Shown here one piece after another: positions 23,145 to 33,034 of a DNA stretch of 64,000 bases. Within the stretch, counting starts at the first letter, position 1. Each line of letters starts with the position of its first letter. The stretch lies in NCBI GenBank assembly GCA_964506945.1, contig CAZDOC010000007.1:1284-65283 (forward strand), in the 5' to 3' direction. A program made the position numbers and the translations under genes. The stretch comes from an uncultured Gammaproteobacteria bacterium. GTDB lineage: Bacteria > Pseudomonadota > Gammaproteobacteria > CAZDOC01. The notes under the pieces are model-generated. The model ran no database searches and was not told the origin of the DNA. It saw only the letters and a list, made by a program, of their open reading frames with translations.

Positions 23145-24173
23145 ATGAAGCAGAGAAGGCCAGCAACGCTGGAAGCCTGTTCCATTGCCAGGGTCATGCT
23201 CAAGGCAGGCCTGCTGCTGTTGATACTGGCGCTTGTCGGTGCTTGTGAGGCACCACTGGATCTCGAGCGCCTCAAGACGCAAGAGAGTAATCCCATCCGC
23301 CGTTCTGATCTGTTTCAGGCCGTGACGGTACAAGGCATGAATGTCGTGATCGTGGGCAGGGACAGCGCCCTGCTGACTTCCCATGACCAGGCCCGGACCT
23401 GGCAGCGTCATGAATTCCCGGGGTTTCCCAGTTTTATCGATATCACCTCCTGCCCAAATGGTGAATTTGTCGCCCTGGATACCGAAGCGGGTGTCTGGGT
23501 CAGTACGGATCAGGGTGACGACTGGCGCAGACATCCTATCAAGACCGATGAGACCGTACAGGCGATCACCTGTGGCAGCGATAATCGTCTCTGGGTGGTG
23601 GGCAGTTTCACCACGATCCTTCAGAGCGGGGACCTCGGCGAGACCTGGTCCAGCCGCTCTTTCGATGTCGATGCCATATTGAACGGTATCCAGTTCTTCG
23701 ATGACAAGCAGGGTATCGTGGTCGGTGAATTCGGTACCTTCATGACCACATCGGATGGTGGCAAGAACTGGTCACGGGATCTGTCCATTCCCAACGAATT
23801 CTATCCACAGGACATGTATTTTGTTGACCCGCGACACGGCTGGGTGGTGGGACTGGGGGGCACGGTATTGTATACCCGGGATGGTGGCCATACCTGGGAG
23901 TCCCAGGACACCGCCACCAAGGTGAGTCTGTACGGGATCGCCATGGTCGGCAAGGAGGCCTTCATCATCGGCCGTGAAGGGGTCCTGCTGAAACGCCAGG
24001 GAGCGCGCTGGCAAAAGCTGACCTATGGCAATCCGGCACGACTGTTCCTCCGCGCCATCTCCAGTCTTGGCGATGGCCGACTCATCGTTGGTGGACAGGC
24101 GGGCGCACTGATGCTGATCGATACACGGCACGGAACATCCATTCGTTCCAGCAATACGGACACCGGAGCCTGA
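23145..24173 (+). CDS. YCF48/BNR-repeat beta-propeller, probable lipoprotein
   Basis: Lipobox-like LVGAC; repeated S/T-x-D-x-G-x-x-W (STDQGDDW, SGDLGETW, TSDGGKNW, TRDGGHTW). Confidence 0.88.
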   Translation: MKQRRPATLEACSIARVMLKAGLLLLILALVGACEAPLDLERLKTQESNPIRRSDLFQAVTVQGMNVVIVGRDSALLTSHDQARTWQRHEFPGFPSFIDITSCPNGEFVALDTEAGVWVSTDQGDDWRRHPIKTDETVQAITCGSDNRLWVVGSFTTILQSGDLGETWSSRSFDVDAILNGIQFFDDKQGIVVGEFGTFMTTSDGGKNWSRDLSIPNEFYPQDMYFVDPRHGWVVGLGGTVLYTRDGGHTWESQDTATKVSLYGIAMVGKEAFIIGREGVLLKRQGARWQKLTYGNPARLFLRAISSLGDGRLIVGGQAGALMLIDTRHGTSIRSSNTDTGA

Positions 24174-26608
24174 TGCCCGTGAATACTGAAAAATTCTTTT
24201 TCCGTTTTGGCAACCTGTTGTTTGATCATCGCAAGCTGGTTTTGAGCTTCATCGCCCTGGTCACGGTGTTTTTTGCCCTCCAGATCCCCTATGTCAGGAT
24301 GCTTTCGGATTTTGCCGATCTGTTGCCGCAGGATCACCCCTACATCAAGCTGCACAACAGTATCCGTGACAATTTCGGCGGAGCCAATATCATTACCCTG
24401 GCGGTCGAGGTGGACAAGGGCACGATCTTCACCAATGACACCCTGGCAAGGATTTTCCGGGTTACCCAGGCCCTCGATAGTGTGGACAACATCAATCACG
24501 ATCTGCTGACCAGCCTGACACATCGCAACACCCGCAAGGTATTCATGACCCCGGACGGATCGGTGCGTTCGCAGAATTACTACGATCCTCATCATGGCCA
24601 TTACAATGACAAGGAATTGAAATCCATGATGGGGGCCGGTGGTCACTATACCGATGCCGAGCTGGCGGCAATGCGCAGCGATGTTCTGGGTAGCTCCAAC
24701 GTCTATGGCGTACTGGTCTCACCGGACATGAAGGCGGCCTTGATCAAGGGCACGCTGAACGAAGGCAAGCTGGATTATGGACGGGTATTCGATCAGATCC
24801 AGGCCATCCGTAAAAAGGAGACGGTTCCAGGCATAAAGATATATGCCACGGGGCATCCTGTACTGGTAGGCTGGGTGGATTCCTACAGCACCCAGATCCT
24901 GGAAATATTCCTGTACACCTTGTTGATTGTACTTGCCATATTGATCGTCTATACACGCCGTCTCTATGGCGTCCTGCTGCCCATGTTCGGCATGGCGGTG
25001 ACCAGTGTCTGGGGTATCGGCTTCATGGGCTTGATGCATTACAACCTGGATCCCCTGATGCTGGTCGTGCCGTTCCTGATTTCGGCGCGGGCACTCTCGC
25101 ATGGGATCCAGAAGGTCGAGCGATATTTCTATGAATTGAACCGGACAGGTGATCGAATCCCGGCCTCACGCAATACCTTCAATGCCCTGTTCCGGCCCGG
25201 TGCACTGGCAATCATAGCCGATGCCGCCGCGCTGTTCATGATCGGCCTGGGTTCCGTGCCTATCAATGACAAGATGGCGATATACGCCTCGTTCTGGGCC
25301 ATGACCATGATCGTCACGGTCCTCATCATGGTGCCGATGCTGCTGGCCTTGTTGCCAACGCCAGCAAATACCGCGATAAAACATACCTATATCCGCAGAC
25401 TGTTTCCAAAGCTGGCCATCATCACGGGCACTCCGGCGCGTTCCAGGATGATCCTTGTCCTGGGCCTGGTGATCCTGTCGATTGGTGCCTATATGGGGAC
25501 CAAGGTCCAGGTGGGCGAGCAGGAACCGGGTTCACCGCTATTGTATCGGGATCATGATTTCAATATCTCATCCGCCAACATCAATTCATTGTTCCCGGGA
25601 TCCGAGGAGATGTTCGTCATCGCCCGCACCGATGACAAGGGTGGAATCAAGCAACCCCAAGTGGTCAAGGCCTTGCAGGATTTTCAGTCCTACATGCTGC
25701 TGGATGACCATCTGGGAGGAGTCAAGGGCATACCGAATCTGATCACCCAGGTCAACCAGCTGACCCGCAACGATGACCCGCGCTGGGCCGTGGTGCCCAA
25801 CCGGGCCTCCGATGTGGGCGGACTCATGTATATGTACATGATGTCATCACCGATTCCGGGTGCTCTGCTGCAATATGTCGATACGGATAACCGCCTGGCC
25901 AACATGGTGTTCTACTATAAGGATCACACCGGCAAGACCATACGCAGGGCTATCCATATGGCCAAGGAGTGGACCCGGAAGGTAGGCGACAAGATCAAGG
26001 GATTGCATATTGAGCTGGCTGGTGGACCTATAGGAGTAACCGCTGCGATCAACGAAGAGGCCTACAAGACCAATCTGATAGTCGTGCCCACGGTTCTGCT
26101 GCTGGTATTGGTGTTCACCATGATTTTTTATCGTTCCTTCCATGCCGGTCTGATGATGCTGGTATCCATGGGTTTCGCTACCACCCTGAGCTATGCCTGC
26201 ATGTATGTATTGGGCATGGGCCTGAATGTCAACACCGTGCCGATGATCGCGGTAGGTATCGGACTCGGAGTCGATTACTCCATCTACATGATGGATCGTA
26301 TCCATGAAGAGATGCCTATCGCCCGCGATCTCCAGGATGCCATACGCCGGGCCGTCGGCACCACGGGTGTTGCCATCAGTTTCACCGCGACGACCTTGAT
26401 TGGCGGTATCATCATGTGGGTGCTGATCTCGGATCTGCGATTCCAGGCGGACTCGGCCCGTCTGCTGATAATCATGCTGATCCTGAATGGTTTTGCGGCC
26501 ATCTTCCTGATCCCGGCCTGGGTGGATATCTTCAAGCCTCGTTTCATTACCGAGGTCACGGGTCATAATGAAGGCAAGCCCATGCGTCTCAGGGACGAGC
26601 CCATATGA
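24173..26608 (+). CDS. RND/MMPL-family membrane transporter
   Basis: Two TM bundles plus two soluble domains; GLGVDYSIY, GVAISFTATTL, SDLRFQ; coupled to the YCF48 gene. Confidence 0.9.
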   Translation: MPVNTEKFFFRFGNLLFDHRKLVLSFIALVTVFFALQIPYVRMLSDFADLLPQDHPYIKLHNSIRDNFGGANIITLAVEVDKGTIFTNDTLARIFRVTQALDSVDNINHDLLTSLTHRNTRKVFMTPDGSVRSQNYYDPHHGHYNDKELKSMMGAGGHYTDAELAAMRSDVLGSSNVYGVLVSPDMKAALIKGTLNEGKLDYGRVFDQIQAIRKKETVPGIKIYATGHPVLVGWVDSYSTQILEIFLYTLLIVLAILIVYTRRLYGVLLPMFGMAVTSVWGIGFMGLMHYNLDPLMLVVPFLISARALSHGIQKVERYFYELNRTGDRIPASRNTFNALFRPGALAIIADAAALFMIGLGSVPINDKMAIYASFWAMTMIVTVLIMVPMLLALLPTPANTAIKHTYIRRLFPKLAIITGTPARSRMILVLGLVILSIGAYMGTKVQVGEQEPGSPLLYRDHDFNISSANINSLFPGSEEMFVIARTDDKGGIKQPQVVKALQDFQSYMLLDDHLGGVKGIPNLITQVNQLTRNDDPRWAVVPNRASDVGGLMYMYMMSSPIPGALLQYVDTDNRLANMVFYYKDHTGKTIRRAIHMAKEWTRKVGDKIKGLHIELAGGPIGVTAAINEEAYKTNLIVVPTVLLLVLVFTMIFYRSFHAGLMMLVSMGFATTLSYACMYVLGMGLNVNTVPMIAVGIGLGVDYSIYMMDRIHEEMPIARDLQDAIRRAVGTTGVAISFTATTLIGGIIMWVLISDLRFQADSARLLIIMLILNGFAAIFLIPAWVDIFKPRFITEVTGHNEGKPMRLRDEPI

Positions 26609-26792
26609 GGGCGCCCGTGGACATTGCTTGCATGAATCGTCTAGAGGCTGAATGGAATGCCACCCCTGCCAGCAAGGAGGATCGGCCCAGTTCGCAGGGA
26701 TATCTCGATAAATCAGACAGTTCCGAATGCCCGCCCAAACCGATATGAAGGAACGGCATGGGCGCCCGGTTATATCTGGAGCATAAGCGATC

Positions 26793-28415
26793 TTGGAGTT
26801 CGAAAAGCGGACACCCGAAGAATCGGAAGGCGCCATCCTCGCGCACAGCCTGCCGCTGAAGAACCACAGGCTCAGGAAGGGTGCCGTTCTGACGGACGCG
26901 GATATCAGGGACCTGGTGGCGGAAGGATACGCGTTCATCAGGGTCGCCATTCCAGGGCAGGATGACATGGTCGAGGATGATGCCGCGCTCAGCCTGGCAA
27001 TGGCTCTCCAGGGGGAGCGGGTCAGGGTCGAACGGCCGTTGATGGGCAGATGTAATCTCTGGGCTGAGTCATACGGTTTGCTGGTGCTTGAGCACGATAT
27101 CCTGGATACCATAAATCTGGTGCATGAGTCGATGACGGTGGCGACCTTGAAACCCTTCGCCATCGTCAGTGATTCACAGTTGCTGGCTACCGTGAAGGCC
27201 ATACCCTATGCGGTTGCCACCGATGTGATCCGGAAGTGTCACGATATTCTGGCCCAACACCCTGCGGCCATACGTGTACGGCCCTTCCAGCGGTATTCGG
27301 TGGGTCTGATTCAGACGAGTCTGGGTACGCCCAAGGACGATTTGCTCGACAAGACCCGAACGGTTCTGAGTAACCGTCTCCACAATCTGAATAGCAGTAT
27401 CGGTTGGGAAGTCCGTTGCCAGCACGAAGAGGAAGCGCTTGTGTCGGCCATACACGAACTCAGGCAACAGGGCGTGGACATGATGGTGATATCGGGGGCC
27501 TCCGCGGTAGTGGATCGCCGTGACGTGATCCCTTCCGCCATTACTGCGGTGGGTGGCGCCGTACGGCATTACGGCATGCCGGTCGATCCCGGCAATCTGC
27601 TCCTGCTGGCCGGCGTGGATGATATCCCGGTGCTGGGCATGCCAGGCTGTGCGCGCTCGCCCAAGTACAATGGTTTCGATATGGTCCTGGAACGACTGAT
27701 TGCCGGCCTGGATGTCAGTGCGCGGGATATCATGTCCATGGGGGTTGGAGGGCTATTGAACGAGATCGGAACCCGCCCACAGCCACGGGTCACCACTCAT
27801 GCCGCTGCTGTCGCCAGCAAGGCAAGGAAGATTACGGCGTTGGTATTGGCCGCTGGCGAGTCGAAACGCATGGGGGATGACAACAAACTGTTGCTTGAGT
27901 TCGGGGGACGGCCCATGATTGCGCATACACTGGAAAACCTGGTGAACTCATGTATCGATGACATCCTGGTAATCACCGGCAAGGACGAGGACAGGATCCG
28001 GCTTGCCCTGGGTCAGTATGATCTCGAGTTCGTTCATAATGCCTGCTATGCGGATGGGATCAGCACATCGATCATCTGTGGCCTCAATCGTCTGGACGAT
28101 AACAGCGAGGCCGTACTGGTGGTACTGGGTGACATGCCGATGATCTCCAGTGAATGTCTGGAAAGACTGGTGACCAGCCTGGACCCAGAAGGTGGCTGTG
28201 AGATATGTGTGCCCGTCTACGATGGAAAATGGGGCAACCCGGTATTATGGTCCCGCAGGTTCTTTCAGGAAATGATGCACCTCGACGGAGATCATGGCGC
28301 CAGGCATCTGCTCTATAAGCATGCCGAGGTGGTAAAGGAGGTAGAGATGCCGGATGCGGGTGTGCTGATGGATTTCGATACCAGGGAATCCCTGTCAGAT
28401 CTTCAGCTTCAATAG
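26793..28415 (+). CDS. MoeA-like molybdopterin-binding domain fused to MocA/MobA-like nucleotidyltransferase
   Basis: GAILAHS...GRCNL...YGMPVDPGNLL...GMPGCARSP, followed by LVLAAGESKRMG..NKLL, LGDMP, GNPVLW, GDHGAR. TTG start. Confidence 0.88.
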   Translation: MEFEKRTPEESEGAILAHSLPLKNHRLRKGAVLTDADIRDLVAEGYAFIRVAIPGQDDMVEDDAALSLAMALQGERVRVERPLMGRCNLWAESYGLLVLEHDILDTINLVHESMTVATLKPFAIVSDSQLLATVKAIPYAVATDVIRKCHDILAQHPAAIRVRPFQRYSVGLIQTSLGTPKDDLLDKTRTVLSNRLHNLNSSIGWEVRCQHEEEALVSAIHELRQQGVDMMVISGASAVVDRRDVIPSAITAVGGAVRHYGMPVDPGNLLLLAGVDDIPVLGMPGCARSPKYNGFDMVLERLIAGLDVSARDIMSMGVGGLLNEIGTRPQPRVTTHAAAVASKARKITALVLAAGESKRMGDDNKLLLEFGGRPMIAHTLENLVNSCIDDILVITGKDEDRIRLALGQYDLEFVHNACYADGISTSIICGLNRLDDNSEAVLVVLGDMPMISSECLERLVTSLDPEGGCEICVPVYDGKWGNPVLWSRRFFQEMMHLDGDHGARHLLYKHAEVVKEVEMPDAGVLMDFDTRESLSDLQLQ

Positions 28416-28422
28416 CGTACCG

Positions 28423-29403
28423 GTGCAGACGATGGCCCGGATCAATGAACAAGGCAGCCGTCGGGATCTGAAGGAGTCTGTTCGGCTGGCTATCGTCCAG
28501 GTCGAGGCCGAACAGTTATCCAACCGGGATTTCTCCCGTTTTGACTGCCAGCAGTTCGACTTGCCCGGGGAGCTGACCGTCTACGATATCACCATCGACC
28601 CGGCGATAATCAATCGCAAGGCCATGCATATCGGCAAGGATGCTAATAACGACTATTTCCTGACCACCCTGATCTATGGTGAGGCGCATATAGAACAACA
28701 GGGTGCGAGTTATACACTGAAACCGGGGGACCTCGCCCTGATGGCCGGCGGGTTACCCTATCTGATCAAATATACCGAACGCAGCAACAGACTGATTGTC
28801 CGTATTCCCTTTCACATCTTCAAGGAACGCCTGGTCAGCTCGGATCACCACTTGATCATCGGCAAGCTGCCCAGTGATGGTATCGGCCTGGTCGTCAACG
28901 ATCTGATGAAACTGGTGGCTTCGGATGCGCGCAAGCTGCCGATCACGGATCAATATACTTTGTCACAGAGTCTTCTGGAACTGACGGGCGCCTTGACCCG
29001 CTCACTGATCAAGACCCTGGATCTGAAGCAGAAAAGCAGGCATCCGGGGCTGTTCAACAGGGTATTGGCCTATATCGAGGAACACTACATGGATCCGGGT
29101 CTGACGCCGAAGATGATCGCGGATGCCAACGGCATATCGACCCGGTATCTGCATAGCCTGTTCCGGCAGTCCGGAAAAACGGTCTTGAGATGGGTATGGG
29201 AACGTCGCCTGAAGGCGGCTCGCAGCGATCTGCTGGATCCCACCCAGATGCAAAAACGTATCAGTGAAATAGCCTTCCGTCAGGGCTTCAACGATTCGGC
29301 GCATTTCAGTCGATCCTTCAGAAACCGTTTTGGAATTTCCCCCACTGAATTACGCCGCCGGGCCGCGGCGGCAAAATCAACGCCTCCAGCCGCGGATACC
29401 TGA
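28423..29403 (+). CDS. AraC family transcriptional regulator
   Basis: C-terminal double HTH (ISTRYLHSLF...ISEIAFRQGFNDSAHFSRSFRNRFGISPTELR) and N-terminal ligand-binding domain. Confidence 0.92.
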   Translation: MQTMARINEQGSRRDLKESVRLAIVQVEAEQLSNRDFSRFDCQQFDLPGELTVYDITIDPAIINRKAMHIGKDANNDYFLTTLIYGEAHIEQQGASYTLKPGDLALMAGGLPYLIKYTERSNRLIVRIPFHIFKERLVSSDHHLIIGKLPSDGIGLVVNDLMKLVASDARKLPITDQYTLSQSLLELTGALTRSLIKTLDLKQKSRHPGLFNRVLAYIEEHYMDPGLTPKMIADANGISTRYLHSLFRQSGKTVLRWVWERRLKAARSDLLDPTQMQKRISEIAFRQGFNDSAHFSRSFRNRFGISPTELRRRAAAAKSTPPAADT

Positions 29404-29643
29404 GTGCACTCACAGACAAGAGGTCGAACCTTGCAGGTCAAGTAAAATCTTGCCGTTGGGCCTATTATGGAAATACAGAAATTCATGGCGGGCTCCCGGG
29501 GCCCGTAACACTCCGAGACACGCTGGCAGAGCGGATGCATCCTGGCGAAATGCGGTCACATGGAGCGGCCGTCAACGCAGCAGGTTTCCGTGCTGCCGCC
29601 TGGAATGCCCGTGCTATCCCGGCAAACCACGAGGGACAACAAA

Positions 29644-30732
29644 ATGAACGCTCTCACACAACCGAAAGTGGGTGTCATATTCAAATCATATGAGCCCATG
29701 GCATCGATGCGGAAGTACGCCATGCAGACGGAGGCCTCCGGTATGACGGGAGGGTTCTGGATAGCCGAGGCCTATCACTGGTTCCGTCAATACGGCCTGG
29801 AATCGCGCGGCTGCTTCGCCACCCTGGCCGCGGTCGCCCTGGCAACCCGGGATATTCCCGTGGGGCTGGGCATCACCTCCCCCTACATCAGGCACCCGAC
29901 GGCGCTGGCTTCCGAGGCCGCGGCCATCGACGAACTCTCCAATGGGCGGTTCATCATGGGGATCGGCGTAGGCAAGGTCGGTATCGAGTACCTTGAATAC
30001 GATATCGATGTACTCAGGCCGGTTCCGGTCCATCATGAATCCATGCAGATCATGCGCAAGGTATTCAGCGGCGAGCCTTTTGATTACAAAGGCAAGATTT
30101 TTGAATCCAGCATGCCTGGGTATGACCGTGCCGCGGCGGGTCTGCGCACCGATATCCCCATCTATGTCGGTGCGACGGGGCCGTTCATGCAACGTCTTTC
30201 AGGCCGGGAAAGTGATGGCATGCTTCTGGCCGGCCTGACCTCGCCTGCATTCGTGAAGTATGCCCGGGACAATATGCGGGCCGGTGCTGAAAAGGCCGGT
30301 CGCACCCTGCCGGAAGATTTCCCCGTGGGCGGCGTCATACTCTGCGCCTGTTCCAGGGATGGCGACAAGGCCCGGGACGCGACCCGTTCCTATACGGGAA
30401 CCTATATCGTCAACAAGATACGCAATATCAAAAACGATGTCATTCTTGCAGGATCCGGACTTCCCGACGAGGCCTGGGAACCCTTCCGCAAAGCCATCGC
30501 CGAGGGCACACAGGACCATGTGACGCACCTGGTCACCGATGAGATGATGCGCAGGTTCACGGTGATCTCGGGTACACCGGAGGATTGCCTGGAGATCACC
30601 CAGGAACTGGTGGATGCCGGGCTCAACCTGCCGTTGCTGGAGGTTGTCGGTGAAACGGAACAGGACAACCTGGAGACCATACGACTGATGGGTCAGGAAG
30701 TCGTACCCAATCTTGTCCCGGGCGTGAGATAG
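29644..30732 (+). CDS. Luciferase-like (LLM) oxidoreductase, Mer-like, probably F420-dependent
   Basis: FWIAEAY, GLGITSPYIRHP, DELSNGRFIMGIGVG, PIYVGATGP. Start at 29644 with GAGGG RBS. F420 use is inferred from context. Confidence 0.82.
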   Translation: MNALTQPKVGVIFKSYEPMASMRKYAMQTEASGMTGGFWIAEAYHWFRQYGLESRGCFATLAAVALATRDIPVGLGITSPYIRHPTALASEAAAIDELSNGRFIMGIGVGKVGIEYLEYDIDVLRPVPVHHESMQIMRKVFSGEPFDYKGKIFESSMPGYDRAAAGLRTDIPIYVGATGPFMQRLSGRESDGMLLAGLTSPAFVKYARDNMRAGAEKAGRTLPEDFPVGGVILCACSRDGDKARDATRSYTGTYIVNKIRNIKNDVILAGSGLPDEAWEPFRKAIAEGTQDHVTHLVTDEMMRRFTVISGTPEDCLEITQELVDAGLNLPLLEVVGETEQDNLETIRLMGQEVVPNLVPGVR

Positions 30733-30742
30733 AGGTGGGATC

Positions 30743-31699
30743 ATGAAGCTGTCCACATTCAGAAAATGCCCGGACAAGGAGGTCACCATGGGAGGGGTGA
30801 TCAGGGATGTCTATATCGATCTGCATGTAATGTCTGGTGGCGAATTGCCGGCGGACATGATCGGATTCCTGCGCGCCGGTGAGGAGGCCATGGATCAGGC
30901 CCGCGCGCTGTTGCGGGAGGCTGAAGCCAATCTTCACGGCTCGCGGCCGGCGGATCTGTGTCGTGATGATGGTGCGCGCTATGCCTATGATGAAGACGAG
31001 GTGGAACAGCTGTCCCCGGTGCCTCAGCCCGGGAAGATAGTCCACACTTCCTGTAATTTTGATTCCCATCTTGCCGAACTGAGTACCTGGAACGATCCGG
31101 AATGGGCATCGCACAACTGGCAGGATTTCCATTTTGAGCATCCCACGGGCTTTCTGGAGGCGCCTTCTTCCGTGGTTCCAAACGGCGCCAGGGTCGAGAT
31201 CCCGGTCTTTACCCGGCAACTCGATTACGAGATAGAGATAGCCATCGTCATTGCCAGGGAGGCCTACAGGGTCTCCGTGGCCGACGCCCCTGACTATGTG
31301 GCGGGCTACATGATATTCAACGATCTCTCCGCACGTGATATCCAGGCCCGGGAACATTCCAACAAGGTCATCCTGATGGGCAAGAGTTTCAGGGGGTCAT
31401 GCCCGTTGGGACCCTTCCTGGTGACTACGGATGAATTGTCCGATCCGCACAATCTGGAGATGAAACTGCGCGTCAACGGTGAATTGCGTCAGGACGCGAA
31501 TACCTCGCAAATGCATTACAAGACCGCGGAGCTGGTTTCCTGGTGGTCACATATGGGCCTGTATCCCGGAGATGTGATCACCAGTGGCAGTCCTCCCGGG
31601 GTCATCGCGGGCATGAAGGAGCCGGTATGGCTGAAGCCCGGGGATGTGATCGATGCCAGTATTCAGGAACTGGGTACCCTGACCACCTATATCGGCTGA
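30743..31699 (+). CDS. Fumarylacetoacetate hydrolase family protein
   Basis: LDYEIEIAIVI, GYMIFNDLSARDIQ, GKSF, LGPFLVT, PGDVITSGSPPGV. Confidence 0.92.
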   Translation: MKLSTFRKCPDKEVTMGGVIRDVYIDLHVMSGGELPADMIGFLRAGEEAMDQARALLREAEANLHGSRPADLCRDDGARYAYDEDEVEQLSPVPQPGKIVHTSCNFDSHLAELSTWNDPEWASHNWQDFHFEHPTGFLEAPSSVVPNGARVEIPVFTRQLDYEIEIAIVIAREAYRVSVADAPDYVAGYMIFNDLSARDIQAREHSNKVILMGKSFRGSCPLGPFLVTTDELSDPHNLEMKLRVNGELRQDANTSQMHYKTAELVSWWSHMGLYPGDVITSGSPPGVIAGMKEPVWLKPGDVIDASIQELGTLTTYIG

Positions 31700-31750
31700 A
31701 TGCCGGGCTGCGCGGTATGCCGGCCGGTTGAATCTTAACGAGGCAGAACT

Positions 31751-33022
31751 ATGTCCACGAGCTTGAACGACGATCTGATCAACGAGGCCATTCGACACAT
31801 CGATCGGGAGCGCCTGATCAACCTGGTCATGAGACTGGTGGACATACCCAGTCCAACCGGACAGGAAGCGGAAATGGCGCGAGCGGTTCATGAGGAACTC
31901 GAGTCCGCCGGTTTTGACGCAACGCTGCAGCCCATTGGTGATGATCGCTACAATGCCGTTGGCCGTCTGCAGGGGCGGGGAGGTGGCAAGTCCGTGATGT
32001 TCAACGGGCACCTGGATACCTCGTTCGGGCCAGAACAGGCCCATCGCGGCATAGGCTACCAATGCAAGGCCACCCTGATCGATGATGCATGGATCTATGG
32101 TATGGGTTCCTTCAATATGAAGAGCGCCATGGGAACCTATATCGTCGCCTCCGAGGCCATCAGCAAGGCGGGTATCACCCTGGCCGGGGATATCGTGATC
32201 GCGGGCGTTGCCGGTGAGATTGAAAAGGCGCCGGTGAATGAATTCGAGGGTCGCCAGTATCAGGGCTACGGTGTCGGCACGAAATATGCGATAACCCATG
32301 GCGCCATAGCCGATTACTGTATCCTGGGTGAGCCAACCAACATGATGCTCATCCCCAGGCATTGTGGCACGACCTGGATCAAGATAACCATCCCCGGTCG
32401 CCTGATCCATACCGCGTGGTCGGATGTGGAAAGCAATGCCATCAATAAATCGAGGAAGGTCCTGGACGCCATTCATGAATGGATCCCGGATTACTGCCGG
32501 CGCAATGCCCTGGGAGATTTTCAACCCCGGGTAAACGTCTCTGCGATACAGGGTGGCTGGACCTGGCGTGGTGCCAGGACACCGGACAATTGCTGCATCT
32601 ACATGGATGTGCGTACCTTGCCGGACACGTTGCCGGTCGAGGCCTATGCCGAGGTACGCACACTGCTTGACGATCTGGTCAGGGCAAACCCCGAGCTGGA
32701 AGGCAGCAAGGCGGAGGTCTATGTCAGCGCACCAGGCACTTCGATACCCGATGACCACGAGCTGGTACGGACCATCATCGATGCGCATACCGCCCAGCTC
32801 GGGCAGGCGCCAGAGATGGGGACGGAAACCTGGTACAGCGATGCGGCGCATATGAATCGTTATGGGATCCCGACCGTCAATTACGGATCCGCGGGCAGGA
32901 TCCAGAGCGGTGGCGGCGGCTTCTCGGTCAATCAGGGCGAGGCCGTCCACATAGGTGATATGCTGGACATCATCAAGGTGTATATTCAGGTTCTGATCAC
33001 GCTTTGCGGTACCGTGGACTAG
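31751..33022 (+). CDS. M20/ArgE-DapE family amidohydrolase with atypical metal ligands
   Basis: FNGHLDT, IYGMGSFNMKS, AGEIE, LGEPT, SDAAHM. Confidence 0.8.
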   Translation: MSTSLNDDLINEAIRHIDRERLINLVMRLVDIPSPTGQEAEMARAVHEELESAGFDATLQPIGDDRYNAVGRLQGRGGGKSVMFNGHLDTSFGPEQAHRGIGYQCKATLIDDAWIYGMGSFNMKSAMGTYIVASEAISKAGITLAGDIVIAGVAGEIEKAPVNEFEGRQYQGYGVGTKYAITHGAIADYCILGEPTNMMLIPRHCGTTWIKITIPGRLIHTAWSDVESNAINKSRKVLDAIHEWIPDYCRRNALGDFQPRVNVSAIQGGWTWRGARTPDNCCIYMDVRTLPDTLPVEAYAEVRTLLDDLVRANPELEGSKAEVYVSAPGTSIPDDHELVRTIIDAHTAQLGQAPEMGTETWYSDAAHMNRYGIPTVNYGSAGRIQSGGGGFSVNQGEAVHIGDMLDIIKVYIQVLITLCGTVD

Positions 33023-33034
33023 ATTCAGGCAGCC

